Shown here one piece after another: positions 1 to 11,900 of a stretch of 64,000 nt of DNA. Positions within the stretch are counted from its first letter, which is position 1, and each line of letters opens with the position of its first letter. This DNA comes from a virus (taxonomy: Duplodnaviria > Caudoviricetes), in the IMG/VR virus record IMGVR_UViG_3300017912_001009, positions 1 through 64,000 of that record; one strand, given 5' to 3'. Under the pieces are notes generated by a model. The model was given only the letters and a program-made list of their open reading frames with translations. It did not search any database and had not been told where the DNA came from. The position numbers and the translations under genes are program-made.

Positions 1-3000
1 ACATACGCCTTGATGGATTGTTGGGTAGCGAGATGTGTTGCTGAGTTAGAAGCCATATTGTCTTCGTCTTTTACTGGAACTACGAAGTCTATGTTGCCAT
101 CAGTATCATCATACGATACGCTGATGAAAGTCTCAGTTCCATCAAGCATACCTCCAACGAAGTCTTCAACTTGTTCTTGAGACAGTTGTGTGTTAGTATC
201 GGTAGAACTGAAATTCAACTTACCATTGGTATCATCGTAAGTTACAGAGATGTTTGTTTCCGTATTACTACTCACCATTGCTCCTACAATATCCTCTACC
301 TGCTCTGTTGACAACTGAGTGTTAGTGTTGGTGGATGCTATTGTTAGAGTTCCACTTGCATCATCATATGTCTTTGTTACATTGCTTCCTGCGACTACTA
401 AGTTAGCAACAATGTCTTCAATCTCCTCTTGTGTCTTTCCACTAGAAGCGATGGTTAGAGTACCTGCTGAATCATCGTATGTCTTGGTTATATTTGTTCC
501 AGCAACAATCAAACCATTAACGAAGTCTTCTACTTGCTCTTGAGTTAGTTGGGTATTGGTATCAGTGCTTGCAAAGTTTAGTTTTCCACCTGTGTCGTCA
601 TATGTCACCGAGATGTTTGTCTCAGTATTGCTACTTACCATTGCCCCTACTATGTCCTGTACTTGTTCTGTTGAGAGTTGCGTATTAGTGTCGGTAGATG
701 CGATTGTAACCGCTCCTCCACTCTCGGATATCGTTATATTAGAGCCAGCAGTAAAAGCAAGAGTCTCACTGTTTGCTAAGGTGTTTCCACCTGCTGTGAC
801 ACTTCTAGGTGCGGTTAGGTATGCATCTAAATCACTTATCTGTGATTCAGTGATTGATAATGCTGCTTGGTGTTGAGTTACGCTTCCCTCGGATATCCTT
901 GCATTTGCAAATGTTCCTGAAGTGATTTTACTCGCAGCAAGGCTTGGTATTCTTGCTGTGCCTAACGTACCGCTAGTTATCTTGGAAGCAGCGAGGCTCG
1001 GTATGTCACTTGCAGATAGCCCGTCATCTAGGATGTTTATCTCCGCTAGGCTTGCAGTTATTCCCAAGTTCGTTATTGCGTTGCCCTGTTGCGTAGCAGT
1101 TAGTCCCTGACTGTTAGTGTCTACTCTTAGCCTGTTACCTAGTGCTGTTGAAGTAGTGGTAGCAAAGTTAGCGTCATCTCCTAAAGCAGCAGCCAACTCA
1201 TTCAGCGTGTCTAAAGCCGCAGGTGCAGACGCTACAACTGCTGCAACTTCTGTATCAACGTAAGCCTTGATTGATTGTTGACTGGCAACCTTAGTTGCTG
1301 AGTTTGAAGACATATCATCCTCATCTAGCAAGTCAGATGAGATTGAGTAGTTGTTAGCACTAGCAGCGATACCATCTAGTTTAGTGTGGTCTGCATCTGT
1401 GAATACATTGGAGTCTGAAGCAGATTCTACTAATGTTCGTATCTCAGATGCAGTTTGGTCTGCTGTTGCACCAGCCTCAATAGCATTCAACTTAGTATGG
1501 TCAGCATCAGTAAATACGTTTGAGTCAGAGGCAGACTCAACTAGTGTTCTAATTTCTGCCGCAGTTTGGTCAGCAGTAGCGGCAGTTTCAATTCCTGCTA
1601 GTTTGTCAAACTGGTCATCAGTCATCAACCCATGAGCAGATGTTGTTGCATCAGGTAATGTGGCCGTAAATGTTGTATTATCTAATTTAGTGAATGTAAG
1701 AGTTCCTTCACTAAATGCTGCGGAAGTAACTGGTTGAGATGCAGAATCAATTATGATTCTCTCGTTAATTCTAGAAACAGTAACGTTAGAACTACCCTCA
1801 AAGTTTACAGAAGTAAAACTTCCATCAGTTCCTGTTAGTTTTAATCTCTTTGTGTTAGCACTTCCAGTATCCTCTACACTGAATGTGTATTGTGTGTCGT
1901 TTGCATCAAATGAAACTAAATCGACATAACTCTTCACAGCCTTAGCAGATGGGATAGTATCATGGCTACCACTTACGGCAGTGATATCTGTGTCTAATGC
2001 TGTTATTCCAGATAGGTCTGAAATAGTAGAGGAGGTAGTTAGATAGTTACCAGCCGCTTGCTTTGCATTTAGTTGAGTCTGTATTGAAGATGTTACTCCA
2101 TCTAGATGACTAATCTCAGCAGCAGATACCCCTGTCACTCCATCTAGGATGTTTAATTCAGCAGCAGATGCAGTGATACTCAAGTCACTTAGGCTACCTA
2201 CCTTTCCACTCAAAGCAGATACTAATCCAGTGACCTTGCTCTGTGCTATATCTAGGAGTTTGTCATTTGGAATAGAACCTGCTAACTGTGCATTGCTTAT
2301 ACCACCGGATTTTATGCTCACTGCCCCGCTAGTGATATCAAAGTCAGCAGCAGCAAATGAAGCAACACCCTTGTTTGTTGCTGTGGCATCTTCTGCATCT
2401 ATTGTCAGAGTTCCTCCACCATCGTTGTATGTTGTAGTGATTCCCTCTCCATCGACAATCAGAGCATTTACCCTGTCATCTACTCTTTCATCTGTATAGT
2501 ATAGATTCGCTCCTTCTGCTACGTTCGCAGTTGTCAGAGTGATACTTCCACCGAGAGCAACAGTGCTACCGTTCACAGTTACTGAAGAGTTTGCAAGTTT
2601 GCTGTTTGCTATGCTTCCTGCAAGTTGAGCATTTGTAACTGAGATATTGGATACGTTGCTTGCGAAATCTGCACCAGCAGTTGCTCCCGTTGCTATACCT
2701 GCTAACTTGCTGTTCAACGCTGAAGTGAAGTTGACATCAGACTGTGTATCAGCAGAGAGAACCCCTGTGGTGTTGTTTATAGATAGATTAGTTCCTACTT
2801 TGATTCCACCAAGAACAGAGTCCGTTGCCTTTTGTAAAACAAAGTGATTAGCATTGCCTTCTATTCCGTCTAGTTTGCTTTTCAGTGCGTTAGTGAAGTT
2901 GTTTTGTGTTAGTCCTCCATCCCCAACACTGTATTGTGTATCTGTTACTGTTTCAGTAGCAGATGCTATCCCTATGATATGGCCGTTTGAATCTAGAGTT

Positions 3001-5588
3001 ATGTCCTGTATGTAGGTTCTTCCTGAGTTATTGACAGAGGATGCTGCGTTGCTTATCGTAGGATGTGCAGTTAGGAATCCTGAGTTACTGTTGCTATAAT
3101 TAGCCAAATCGGTATCTACGTTTAGTGTGTCTCCTGATAACGAGATGTTTGTTCCTGCTACTAGATTGGTATCATCACTGATGTCTATTTCTCCTAGTGT
3201 TATGACTTGACCACTTATCGTGAGATAGTTTCGACTTCCTGCTAGAGTGACATTCGTGGAGTTGTCTGTTCCTGATGGGTCTACGTTTAGAAGAGTCCTT
3301 CCCTGAGCAGCAGTTAGAGTTTCCACTGAGCCAGCATTACTAGTTGTTCTTCCTAGTAAAACGTTGGAACTAACGTTCTGTATCTTGTCAAAGGTGATTG
3401 CATCATCTGCTATTCTAGATGTACCGAATGTTCCACTGGTGATTTTGCTAGTTGCTATGTTTGGTATTCTAGCGGTGGCGAATGTTCCACCAGTAATTGC
3501 ACTAGCACTTAGGTTAGGTATGTCTCCTGCTACTAGTTTATCAAAGAGGTTAGCGAGTGTCGTCTTCTTCAGACTACTACTGCTATTGTCGTGATACACC
3601 AAGAAATCTTGTGTTAGGTCTATACCATTCTCAGTGGTTAGGTCGTCAATTTTAACCTTCAAGGTTGAGCCTGTTCTGTCCAAACCACTTCCTATTGTTA
3701 GACTAGGCTCTTTTCCACTCAATGCTGATGTTAGTCCTGTAATCTTACTCTGTGCAATACTGCCTGACAGTTTGGCATTCGTTACGGCACTGTCGGCTAT
3801 TGCAGCAGTTTGGATTGAGTTATCAGCCATTAGAGCAGCCGTGATTTGGTCATCCTGTATCATAGCAGTTACGATAGCATCGTCTGCAATTTTAGCAGAG
3901 GTCACAGCATCATTCGCTAGTTTAGCAGTGGTGATATCAGAATCTGCAATCTTTCCAGTAGTCACACTTAGGTTTGCTAATTGAGTAGTTCCAACACTTC
4001 CACTTTGTATCTCAGTTGCACCTACTGTGTTTTCTCCAATAGCAGTGGATAGTGTGACATTTCCTGAGCCATCAAAAGATACTGCACTAGATGTCACATC
4101 TCCTGACAGTTGAAAGTTCCTAGCGTTTGCTAGAGCAGTAGCAGATGATACAGTTCCTGTTACATTTCCAATGAATGTACCTGCAACGAATGTCTCAGAA
4201 CCAACTGTCCACCTATCGTTAGTCTCATCCCAAATCAACGTCTTATTGGTTTGGTTTCCTCTCTCTACCTCTATACCAGCGTTTTCCGATGGCGCACCTG
4301 TTTCATCTGAGTTTAGAGTGATTATACTGTCTCCTATATTGACAGTGTTTGAGAGTACAGTAGTTGTAGTACCGCTAACAGTCAGGTTGCCACCGATAGA
4401 CAAGTTCCCTACACTAATAGTATCATTTGAATCACCAAGGCTGAAAGTTCCTAGATTCGCATTGTGAAGAGCAGCCCTTACGTTTGTTGTATCTGTGACA
4501 TCTGCATTTGCCTCTATACCAAGCATGGTCACTAGATTAGCAGGAGTTATCTCCTCTATGTTTCCTGCACCGGAGGAGTCTCTTCCTAGTATTCTGTTTG
4601 TAGCAGATACATTCTGCATCTTGGCATATGTGATTGCATCGTCAGCGACATCTCCTGTTGCTATTGTTCCATCTGTTATCATTGCAGAGGTGATTTGAAC
4701 CTCCTCCACAGTTCCAGTGGAAGCCTTGCCCAATACCCTGTTTGCAGTACCTATGTCTTGTATCTTGTCATAGGTCACTGCATCACTTGCAATCTTAGCA
4801 GTTGTAACATTCCCATCTGCAATCTTATCAGTAGTTACATTTGAGTCTACGATACTTGCTTCTACAACAGCGTTTGATGCTAACTTAGCCGCAGTTACTG
4901 CATCGTCTGCTAAACTAGAAGTTCCTAGACTTGTAATTTGATTATCAGTTACTAGAGTCCTGTTACTACTACCAACAGCAGGTAGTGATATTTTTCCAGT
5001 GTTTCCTGACTTCTCAAAAGTCCCATCAGCGTTTATCCTCATTGTCTCTGAGCCTGAGTTTAATGCTGAGAACTCCCTGCTTGCTTGAGGATAGAACAGA
5101 TACTGGTGCAATCTGCTAGTGGCATTATTTGCCTCTGCTGTATCTATCTTTACCAGTATGAGCGGTATGTCTCCACCCTTTAGTTCTGCAACAGTAGCAG
5201 AGCCAGTAGTTGCTTTACCTGTGACAGCACCGAATCTCCACTTCAAGGTGTTAGCAGTCTCACCACTCTCTGTTCCATCACAAGCGACAATCAAACCATA
5301 CCAGTCATTTGAATTAGCAGCGATAGTAGCAACAGTGGTAGTGAGCGTGGCAGTTGGAACTGTGAATAGTTTTCCTTGTCTGAGTATCTTACCTTCAGCA
5401 ACTTGAAAATGAGTTCTACTGTTAGTTGTGCCTTGAGTCAATGCAAACCCGCTTATTCCCCTGTCTTCACCACTAGCGACATTCAGTGCCTTGATTATTC
5501 CTGAGTGTATGTTATCTGTCCCATCCTTCAGTTGTGTGCTAGAAGGGTTGGTTGCTAGTGTTGAGATAATACCCGGATTTGATGTCAT
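1..5588 (-). CDS. Giant tail fibre / receptor-binding protein, 3'-truncated at the window edge (>1860 aa; absent from the ORF track)
   Basis: ATG at 5588 overlaps the TAA of the upstream gene (TAATG). My hand translation stayed open from MTSNPGIISTLATN to ...ASNSATHLATQQSIKAYV at position 1. It contains IADDAVTxAKI repeats, QEQVEDxV...TYDD repeats and ALDTLNELAAALGDD, motifs typical of phage fibre proteins. Confidence 0.85.
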   Translation of the reverse strand, partial: MTSNPGIISTLATNPSSTQLKDGTDNIHSGIIKALNVASGEDRGISGFALTQGTTNSRTHFQVAEGKILRQGKLFTVPTATLTTTVATIAANSNDWYGLIVACDGTESGETANTLKWRFGAVTGKATTGSATVAELKGGDIPLILVKIDTAEANNATSRLHQYLFYPQASREFSALNSGSETMRINADGTFEKSGNTGKISLPAVGSSNRTLVTDNQITSLGTSSLADDAVTAAKLASNAVVEASIVDSNVTTDKIADGNVTTAKIASDAVTYDKIQDIGTANRVLGKASTGTVEEVQITSAMITDGTIATGDVADDAITYAKMQNVSATNRILGRDSSGAGNIEEITPANLVTMLGIEANADVTDTTNVRAALHNANLGTFSLGDSNDTISVGNLSIGGNLTVSGTTTTVLSNTVNIGDSIITLNSDETGAPSENAGIEVERGNQTNKTLIWDETNDRWTVGSETFVAGTFIGNVTGTVSSATALANARNFQLSGDVTSSAVSFDGSGNVTLSTAIGENTVGATEIQSGSVGTTQLANLSVTTGKIADSDITTAKLANDAVTSAKIADDAIVTAMIQDDQITAALMADNSIQTAAIADSAVTNAKLSGSIAQSKITGLTSALSGKEPSLTIGSGLDRTGSTLKVKIDDLTTENGIDLTQDFLVYHDNSSSSLKKTTLANLFDKLVAGDIPNLSASAITGGTFATARIPNIATSKITSGTFGTSRIADDAITFDKIQNVSSNVLLGRTTSNAGSVETLTAAQGRTLLNVDPSGTDNSTNVTLAGSRNYLTISGQVITLGEIDISDDTNLVAGTNISLSGDTLNVDTDLANYSNSNSGFLTAHPTISNAASSVNNSGRTYIQDITLDSNGHIIGIASATETVTDTQYSVGDGGLTQNNFTNALKSKLDGIEGNANHFVLQKATDSVLGGIKVGTNLSINNTTGVLSADTQSDVNFTSALNSKLAGIATGATAGADFASNVSNISVTNAQLAGSIANSKLANSSVTVNGSTVALGGSITLTTANVAEGANLYYTDERVDDRVNALIVDGEGITTTYNDGGGTLTIDAEDATATNKGVASFAAADFDITSGAVSIKSGGISNAQLAGSIPNDKLLDIAQSKVTGLVSALSGKVGSLSDLSITASAAELNILDGVTGVSAAEISHLDGVTSSIQTQLNAKQAAGNYLTTSSTISDLSGITALDTDITAVSGSHDTIPSAKAVKSYVDLVSFDANDTQYTFSVEDTGSANTKRLKLTGTDGSFTSVNFEGSSNVTVSRINERIIIDSASQPVTSAAFSEGTLTFTKLDNTTFTATLPDATTSAHGLMTDDQFDKLAGIETAATADQTAAEIRTLVESASDSNVFTDADHTKLNAIEAGATADQTASEIRTLVESASDSNVFTDADHTKLDGIAASANNYSISSDLLDEDDMSSNSATKVASQQSIKAYVDTEVAAVVASAPAALDTLNELAAALGDDANFATTTSTALGNRLRVDTNSQGLTATQQGNAITNLGITASLAEINILDDGLSASDIPSLAASKITSGTLGTARIPSLAASKITSGTFANARISEGSVTQHQAALSITESQISDLDAYLTAPRSVTAGGNTLANSETLAFTAGSNITISESGGAVTIASTDTNTQLSTEQVQDIVGAMVSSNTETNISVTYDDTGGKLNFASTDTNTQLTQEQVEDFVNGLIVAGTNITKTYDDSAGTLTIASSGKTQEEIEDIVANLVVAGSNVTKTYDDASGTLTIASTNTNTQLSTEQVEDIVGAMVSSNTETNISVTYDDTNGKLNFSSTDTNTQLSQEQVEDFVGGMLDGTETFISVSYDDTDGNIDFVVPVKDEDNMASNSATHLATQQSIKAY
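120..700 (-). repeat. Intragenic tandem repeats (~35-40 aa; LSTEQVQDIVGAMVSSNTETNISVTYDD / QEQVEDFVNGLIVAGTNITKTYDD)
   Basis: About five related units with synonymous divergence are visible in the translation. Confidence 0.75.
1380..1600 (-). repeat. Two tandem ~37-aa repeats (ATADQTAxEIRTLVESASDSNVFTDADHTKL)
   Basis: Near-identical peptides with many synonymous nucleotide differences. Confidence 0.8.
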
Positions 5589-5950
5589 TAGTTATCCACC
5601 TCTACTCTTATTGTAAACGAAACAGTGTCACCGCTTGCAACAACACCAGTATTCGTGAAGGTGACTCGGCTCAATAACGTGCCGTTTCCATTCGTAGTTC
5701 CGTTCTTGAAAATGCCTATTTCTGAGACTCCTGACGCTGGTATCTGCGCTCCTGTAAAATCGACATTGTAAATCAAAGTAGAACCCACAATAGTAGGTAC
5801 TTGTCCAGTCTTTTGAAATGTGAAGTTATTCAACCCTGTTTGACTGGCAGAGGTTGTATCTCTTCCATCACCAATCGCTACCACTTGGTAGTTCGTCTTT
5901 ATCAAATCCGCAATATCTGCTGCTCCTTCATTCACTACTGTCATCTTCAA
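5588..5950 (-). CDS. Small tail/baseplate structural protein (120 aa)
   Basis: Beta-rich (SEIGIF...LLSRVTF...GDTVSFTIRVEV), translationally coupled between two giant tail genes. Confidence 0.6.
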   Translation of the reverse strand: MKMTVVNEGAADIADLIKTNYQVVAIGDGRDTTSASQTGLNNFTFQKTGQVPTIVGSTLIYNVDFTGAQIPASGVSEIGIFKNGTTNGNGTLLSRVTFTNTGVVASGDTVSFTIRVEVDN

Positions 5951-8900
5951 TCCTCACTTGTATAATACCCTATTACCTGACTTCCTGTATTCTCAAATCC
6001 TACTTCCTCAGTGAATCCTACAAGGTCATCGAAGCCCATGTTTGAACTCTCCCCACTACCAGTGATTGTATACTGAACGAGTGTAGTCTTTAACGATATA
6101 GAATCTGTAAGAGATAGACCAGTGGAAACACTTTCTGCGTTTCTACTGAAAAGAGTCGAACTGCTAGAGCGTTGTTGCGAGCCAAGTTCTGCTAGTCTCT
6201 CAGCAATCGTCTTATCAAAAGTCCCAACTGTCATGGATAACTGACTCGATAGGACATTCTCTATCTCAAAAATCATGTAGTCACCCGCAGGTATACCATG
6301 CTGTGTCATGTTGAGATAAACTATGTCTCCTGCCTCTAGAGTCTCCAACCCCTTCTTCTCAAGGCTCAAGGTTATTTTTCTAGAGTCTTGATTATACAAC
6401 TCTAGCAATTCATTCGCCTTTATTTTTACATCAGATATGTTCCTCAGAGTGGGGTCAACAAATGTGATATGCGTTCCCTTTCCTTTGACATTTCTTTCAA
6501 CGGTTGTAGAGATTTTATCACCTACAACTGTCACTTTATTTGCCTTTGCAAACAATGAACTGTTTTTCTTTACAGAGAAGATTCTATGTGTTCCATAGGA
6601 AATTGTCTGTTTTCTCGTTAAGGCTTTTGATTTTAAGTCACGAAATACCACTTTTTTGTTTCTAACTTTAAAATCCAATCCTTTCTTTCCTGCCATTTCA
6701 TTCAAAGTTTCATATGCTGGCTTGTTACTGAAATTATTGGTTGCGATGAAAGTCTTCTTATTTCTCTTAATTATCTCATCATTAAGAACAGGGATGAACC
6801 ATAAATCCACATCTCCATCTGTATGAACATCAGTAACTGTGATGTCGCTTCCTGACACAGAACCAACAACTCCAATCGGATAACCCTCATGTGTGTAGAT
6901 TACATCCCCTGCTTCTAGATTCTCTACTGTTGCCTTACAGGTAATGACGTTATTATTCACAGACTGCACTATATTTCCTGTGAAATCCGATTGCGTCTGT
7001 ATCAAGTCCGAGGTCATTCCTGCATCCCTGATTATCTTATCCATGTGAGTCTCTATTTCTTCTCCGATAATCATGCTTGTTCCAATATGGCAAGTCGTTA
7101 TGTTTTGCAGACTTGGTTTTCTTCTGAGTTCTATATTGATTATCTCCCCGAATGAAACAACACCCTTGCCGTTTAGAACACCATCGTATGTGAGCCTAAA
7201 CTTATTTCTTCTTATCCCTCCTGTTGTGCTATTCAGAGTCAAATCAACAGTCATTGTCTTCACATCTTTAGTCTCACCATCAGATACCATCACCTCAAAT
7301 GTATCTCCGTCATTGTATGGTAGCATCTCTACTGATTCTCGGAATGACCTACTGAAAGCAGACTGACAGGCATGACCACCTTCAATGACAGTAGGGGATG
7401 GGGCAGAGTCTAGATTCAATAACACATACGCACTAAATACCCCTTCATTCGTGTGTTGATGATTCTCACCGAAGCCTAGATAGTTAGGATTACCGAGAGT
7501 GCCTGTTCTATACCCACTTGAGGTTTCTGTGTAGTCCAAACCTGTGCTGAATAACTGGTTCAAGACTATCTCGTTCGGTGTGTCTCTGAATGTTGTCTCT
7601 GCTAATCTCATTAGGCGGAAGAATGGCAGTTCACTGCTAGAAATTGGTTCATCTAGGATTATAGTGTGAACTCTACTTGTATCACTGACAGTGCTTGTTG
7701 TATGTGTGTGACTTACTATCTTCCCCATGTAGGCGATGTTCAATGTGTCGTTGGATGATATGCCTAGCGTATCCTTGTTGCTTCCTGTTACATCATTAGA
7801 ACCAAGACTAGTCTCGTTGCTGGACTCTATGCCTCTGTTGCCTACGAGATAGTATCCTGTTAGATTAGGAGCGAATTCCAACCAACTGTGTGCAGAATCA
7901 GTGTCATCCAAGTCTATCGTCAGCGTTCTATTGCCATTACTGAGTACGACATTTCCATCTGCGGTATTGATTAGGGGTTTGATTAGCATCCTTGCTGAGT
8001 AGACTCCACCACCGTCATTGGATGCTAGGTCAACGTGATTCTGCACCCTGCTTGTAGAGACCGTATCTCCTTTCTTCTTGTCCATGAAATAAGTGGGAGA
8101 CCCTTCTGTAACAGCATTAGCGTTTGCTCCTAGAGCATCACCCATTGAGGATTTTGTCTCCAACGTGTGCGTTCCAGTTACTGCCTTGTAACTAGCAGAA
8201 ATAGACTCATACACCATAGTATTAGGCGTGTGCTGGTCAAAGTCATTCGGTGTGGTAAAAGTGCCTCCTTGGTAATCGTCAAAAGCGTCTACAAACTGTC
8301 TAGTTCCCAAGAAGCAACTAGTCTGAAACATGTCTTCAGGAACATCAGGGCCGACTGAACTTATCTTCTTGATATCACGGAATACAGCAATGCAGTTTTC
8401 ATAGGGATGCACATTGTCTGCATAGCCCATCTTGGAAGTGGTTGTCAGTGTAGTGCTTCCCTTGAAGTTCTGCATGAGTCCTGCTAAAACTCTAGATAGG
8501 TGAAGGTAAGGAGGGTTAGAAAATAGGCTATTGCTCCACTGCTGGCTATCGTGATATGGAGATTTCCTTGCGTTCAAAAGTTCAGAAGCAGTATCTGCCG
8601 AATTGTACTCTGCATTGAATATGAATGGCAATAGAACACCCGGAGGGTTGTAGACATCAGGACTGCCATCACCGTTTGTCAATCTAGCATATCTGAATGG
8701 GAATGAGGCATCATTACTCTTGTAGCCGGGTCTCATCAGGAGAACCCTACTCATATCCATTGTATCAGAACTGTTTGTTGTCTTTAGTGTATCAAATCCA
8801 TCTACTGTGAAAGATGGTGTTGTCTTTGAATTACCATACTCAGGAATTAGATATGCCTCCACATCTGTCGCATCTGTCGTATCATGCATAGTTGCAGTGA

Positions 8901-11900
8901 CAGTTCCCGTTGAACTAACTGTTTGTGATGAGCCACCAGTAGTAGCAATCAAAGCACCATTAGTTGCATTGAAGATTGTGCTGTATGCGGGTATGGTAAG
9001 TGTGCCACCATTAGTCCAAGATAGGGACACATTGTTACTCGCAACTGAGAACTTCAAGTTGTCCTTGCTTGCCTCTCTGCTTCTTAATAACGCATATGCC
9101 CCATAGTTCTCCTTATACGCAGAGGTGTTCTCCAAAGAATCTGCATCAACTGGATTGAAATGCCAATCGAATGTGGCTTCAACTAGTCTTGCAATACCGA
9201 ATCTCTTGATTTGATTAGTCGTCTTGTTTGCTGCCTTTATCGAAGCCCTCTCAAAGTTATTGTCTGTCTTATCCATTGATTTACTCTTTCCATCGTATTC
9301 AGAATGTGTCGTTTCAGTAGCAGATATACCTCCTTCGCTTTCCAATAGACAGGCAAGGTCATCGTAGTTGAGTGTCTGACTTCCTATGTTGTTGTATCTC
9401 AACTTTGAGTATGGATACAAGTCTCCTGTAGCAAACAACTCATACGCCTGTGCTTTCCCATCTAGATTTTCCCAATCTATCAATGGCTCAAATTTAGTTA
9501 GACTTGTTTTGGAAGTAGGTATTCTAGTTGGAGGCACTAGGGTTGACACACCAGTTGTAGCATCAAATATGCTCCCTGCTGTATTCACATGTGTAAAGTT
9601 GCTGTTCACCATATTGCTTCCGAATATTGGCCTCGATGATTCGGTAAGTGTGGTGGAAGAAGGTGCATCACCAGTGCCAAGTATTGGATACGCTACTGCA
9701 TAGCCTCTGATGTTCTGTTGCTTGGAACTCCTGTTGTATATTCCACCTGATGTCTTCTTTATTGTACCGCTACTAAACTTCTGCAAGTCCCAATATCTGA
9801 ATGTCTCTCTTGGAGTGTAGATATCATCAGAAGCAATCAAGTCTAGATTAGTGGAAGTAGTATGTCCTGTGTCAAATCTATGTAGGAAACCACCGTCATT
9901 GATGCCGTTGTTTACCAAGTAGAAGGAGAAGCCTGTACGAGTATCCGATGTGTTATTCTCGACCCTGCCCATTACAACGGGACAAGTGGGTGCTATTCTC
10001 ATTCTAGCACCGCCGTCATCCTTCTCTATGATGTCCAAGACGTTGAATCTCTCTGATGCGAAAGTCATCATGCTTACATCTGTCGTAGATGTTCCAAGTT
10101 CATTTGACAACTGAAAGGCAAAGACTGAATCTTCAGTGGAAACACCACTATCTAAGATATCGATGCTTATTGGCTTTTGAATGTCATATCCTAGAGTCCG
10201 GTTCTCAAGGAAAGAACCACTGTTTGAAGTTCCCTCTAATTTCGTCTTGTTGAGGCTAACATCGAACGAGAAACTATCTTGAAGAATAACCCCTTTGTCA
10301 CTCACACCCCTAAAGTCAGTTGTAGATGTAATAGCAGGATTGCTTCCTAATGCCTTAGTTCCCGATAAGAACGTCACTTCGGTAAATGGATTGTAATACC
10401 AAATGTTGGTTGTTGTAGACATATGTGCTAGTGGTTTGTGTGTCAGTGTTATTTCTGTGGCTGTTGCAGATGCCACCTCACCAATGAAGACCCCTGTGTT
10501 TCTAGTGAAGAGAAGCATCTTGGCAGTAGGTGTGAAGCCATCTCCTGAAGCATGGGTAATCACCTTCCCACTCACACTAACGCTAGTCAGTGTCTCAGTG
10601 TTAGAAAGAGGCATCACTGGATTCAATGTGCTATGTATCATATCCTCGGTGAAGAGAAGATTCTGATTCACTTGGGTATTCAATAACGAGGAGGAGTTGT
10701 CTCTGCCTTCCAGTGTTAACAGTGTAAGTCCATTCTCTGTCTCTGTCTCACTCAATTCAACTGTGCCGTCAAAAGCCTCTTCTTGTAGACTGTATGTTCC
10801 TTCATAATAGTAGAACCTAGAGTTACTGGTGTTCTGATAGAACTTTCTATCACCATCTTGAAACTTGACATACTCCATATCCTTATCCACATAGTCAACA
10901 GTATTCTGATGTGTAGATACTCTAGGAAATACTATTTTCGTATTATACAACTTGCTGTCTTCTTTGTTTATTGTAGTCCCTGAAACTGTCAATCTGTTTG
11001 CATCTGCATAATGCACTTGTGTATCAGAGTCAAAGTCCTCTGTATTCAACACCTCAGTCCAAGGTGCTATCTGAACTGTCGCATTTGAGAACTCATGAAC
11101 TGAAGTAGAAACGGTGAATGTGTTTGCGTGTAGGGTTTTGTTTGCTTTGACAGTTAGACTCTGTGTTGTTCCGCTTTTCGTATTTACAGTATTGACGACA
11201 TAATAGTAGTCATCAACTAGTATGATAGAGTTTGTTGGTAGTTTCTCAGATAGTTTGTAGTCATGTGAATCATCCATATCAGCAAACTGTATTGTTGTGC
11301 TGCTCGCTCTGCTGGCTTTGAAAGGAAGCGTCTTGAATGACATATTATCTGAGAATAGATTCTTCATCACCTTCAGAGTCTGACCTTCCTTATACTTCTC
11401 AGGGAGTATTCCTGAGTTATTCATCGCCTTGAATTTGCACATCTTACTCATCTTATTCTGTGGGCTATTGACAATTACATCGGTGACAAGAGGAACGATG
11501 TCGTTTCTCCTCGGCCTTGGGTCGGATGTGATGTATCGTGAAGGGCCATTCCTATTGCCATCAAGGGTCGAAGCAGTAGCACTGGTGCTATCTGATTCGT
11601 GTCTCTTCATATTCGGGAATGCCTTGTGCCAAAACATCGGGTCGAAACTCCCATCAGCATCATCTGTGGTTCTGAGATGGTCAACGAGAGTGGCATCCAA
11701 TCTTGTTCTACTGATGCTTTCTATTGTGCCTTTCAACTTGGCATGAGTTCTGAATACTATGTTCTGTATTCCCTTTCCTATCTTCACGGTGAAGTTGCTC
11801 GTTGTTGCACTCTTTGCTTTGTATGCAACCTCTAGATGTATGTCATTTCCAGTTATCTCCTTGATGTTCCCATACCATTCATCTGTTCCACTGTCAAAGA

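Noticed and set aside
120-1600. Repeats in the fibre gene as DGR template/variable repeats or a CRISPR array
   Set aside because: Differences are synonymous and not adenine-specific, the repeats are in-frame coding, there are no unique spacers, and no reverse transcriptase or cas gene is present in the window.
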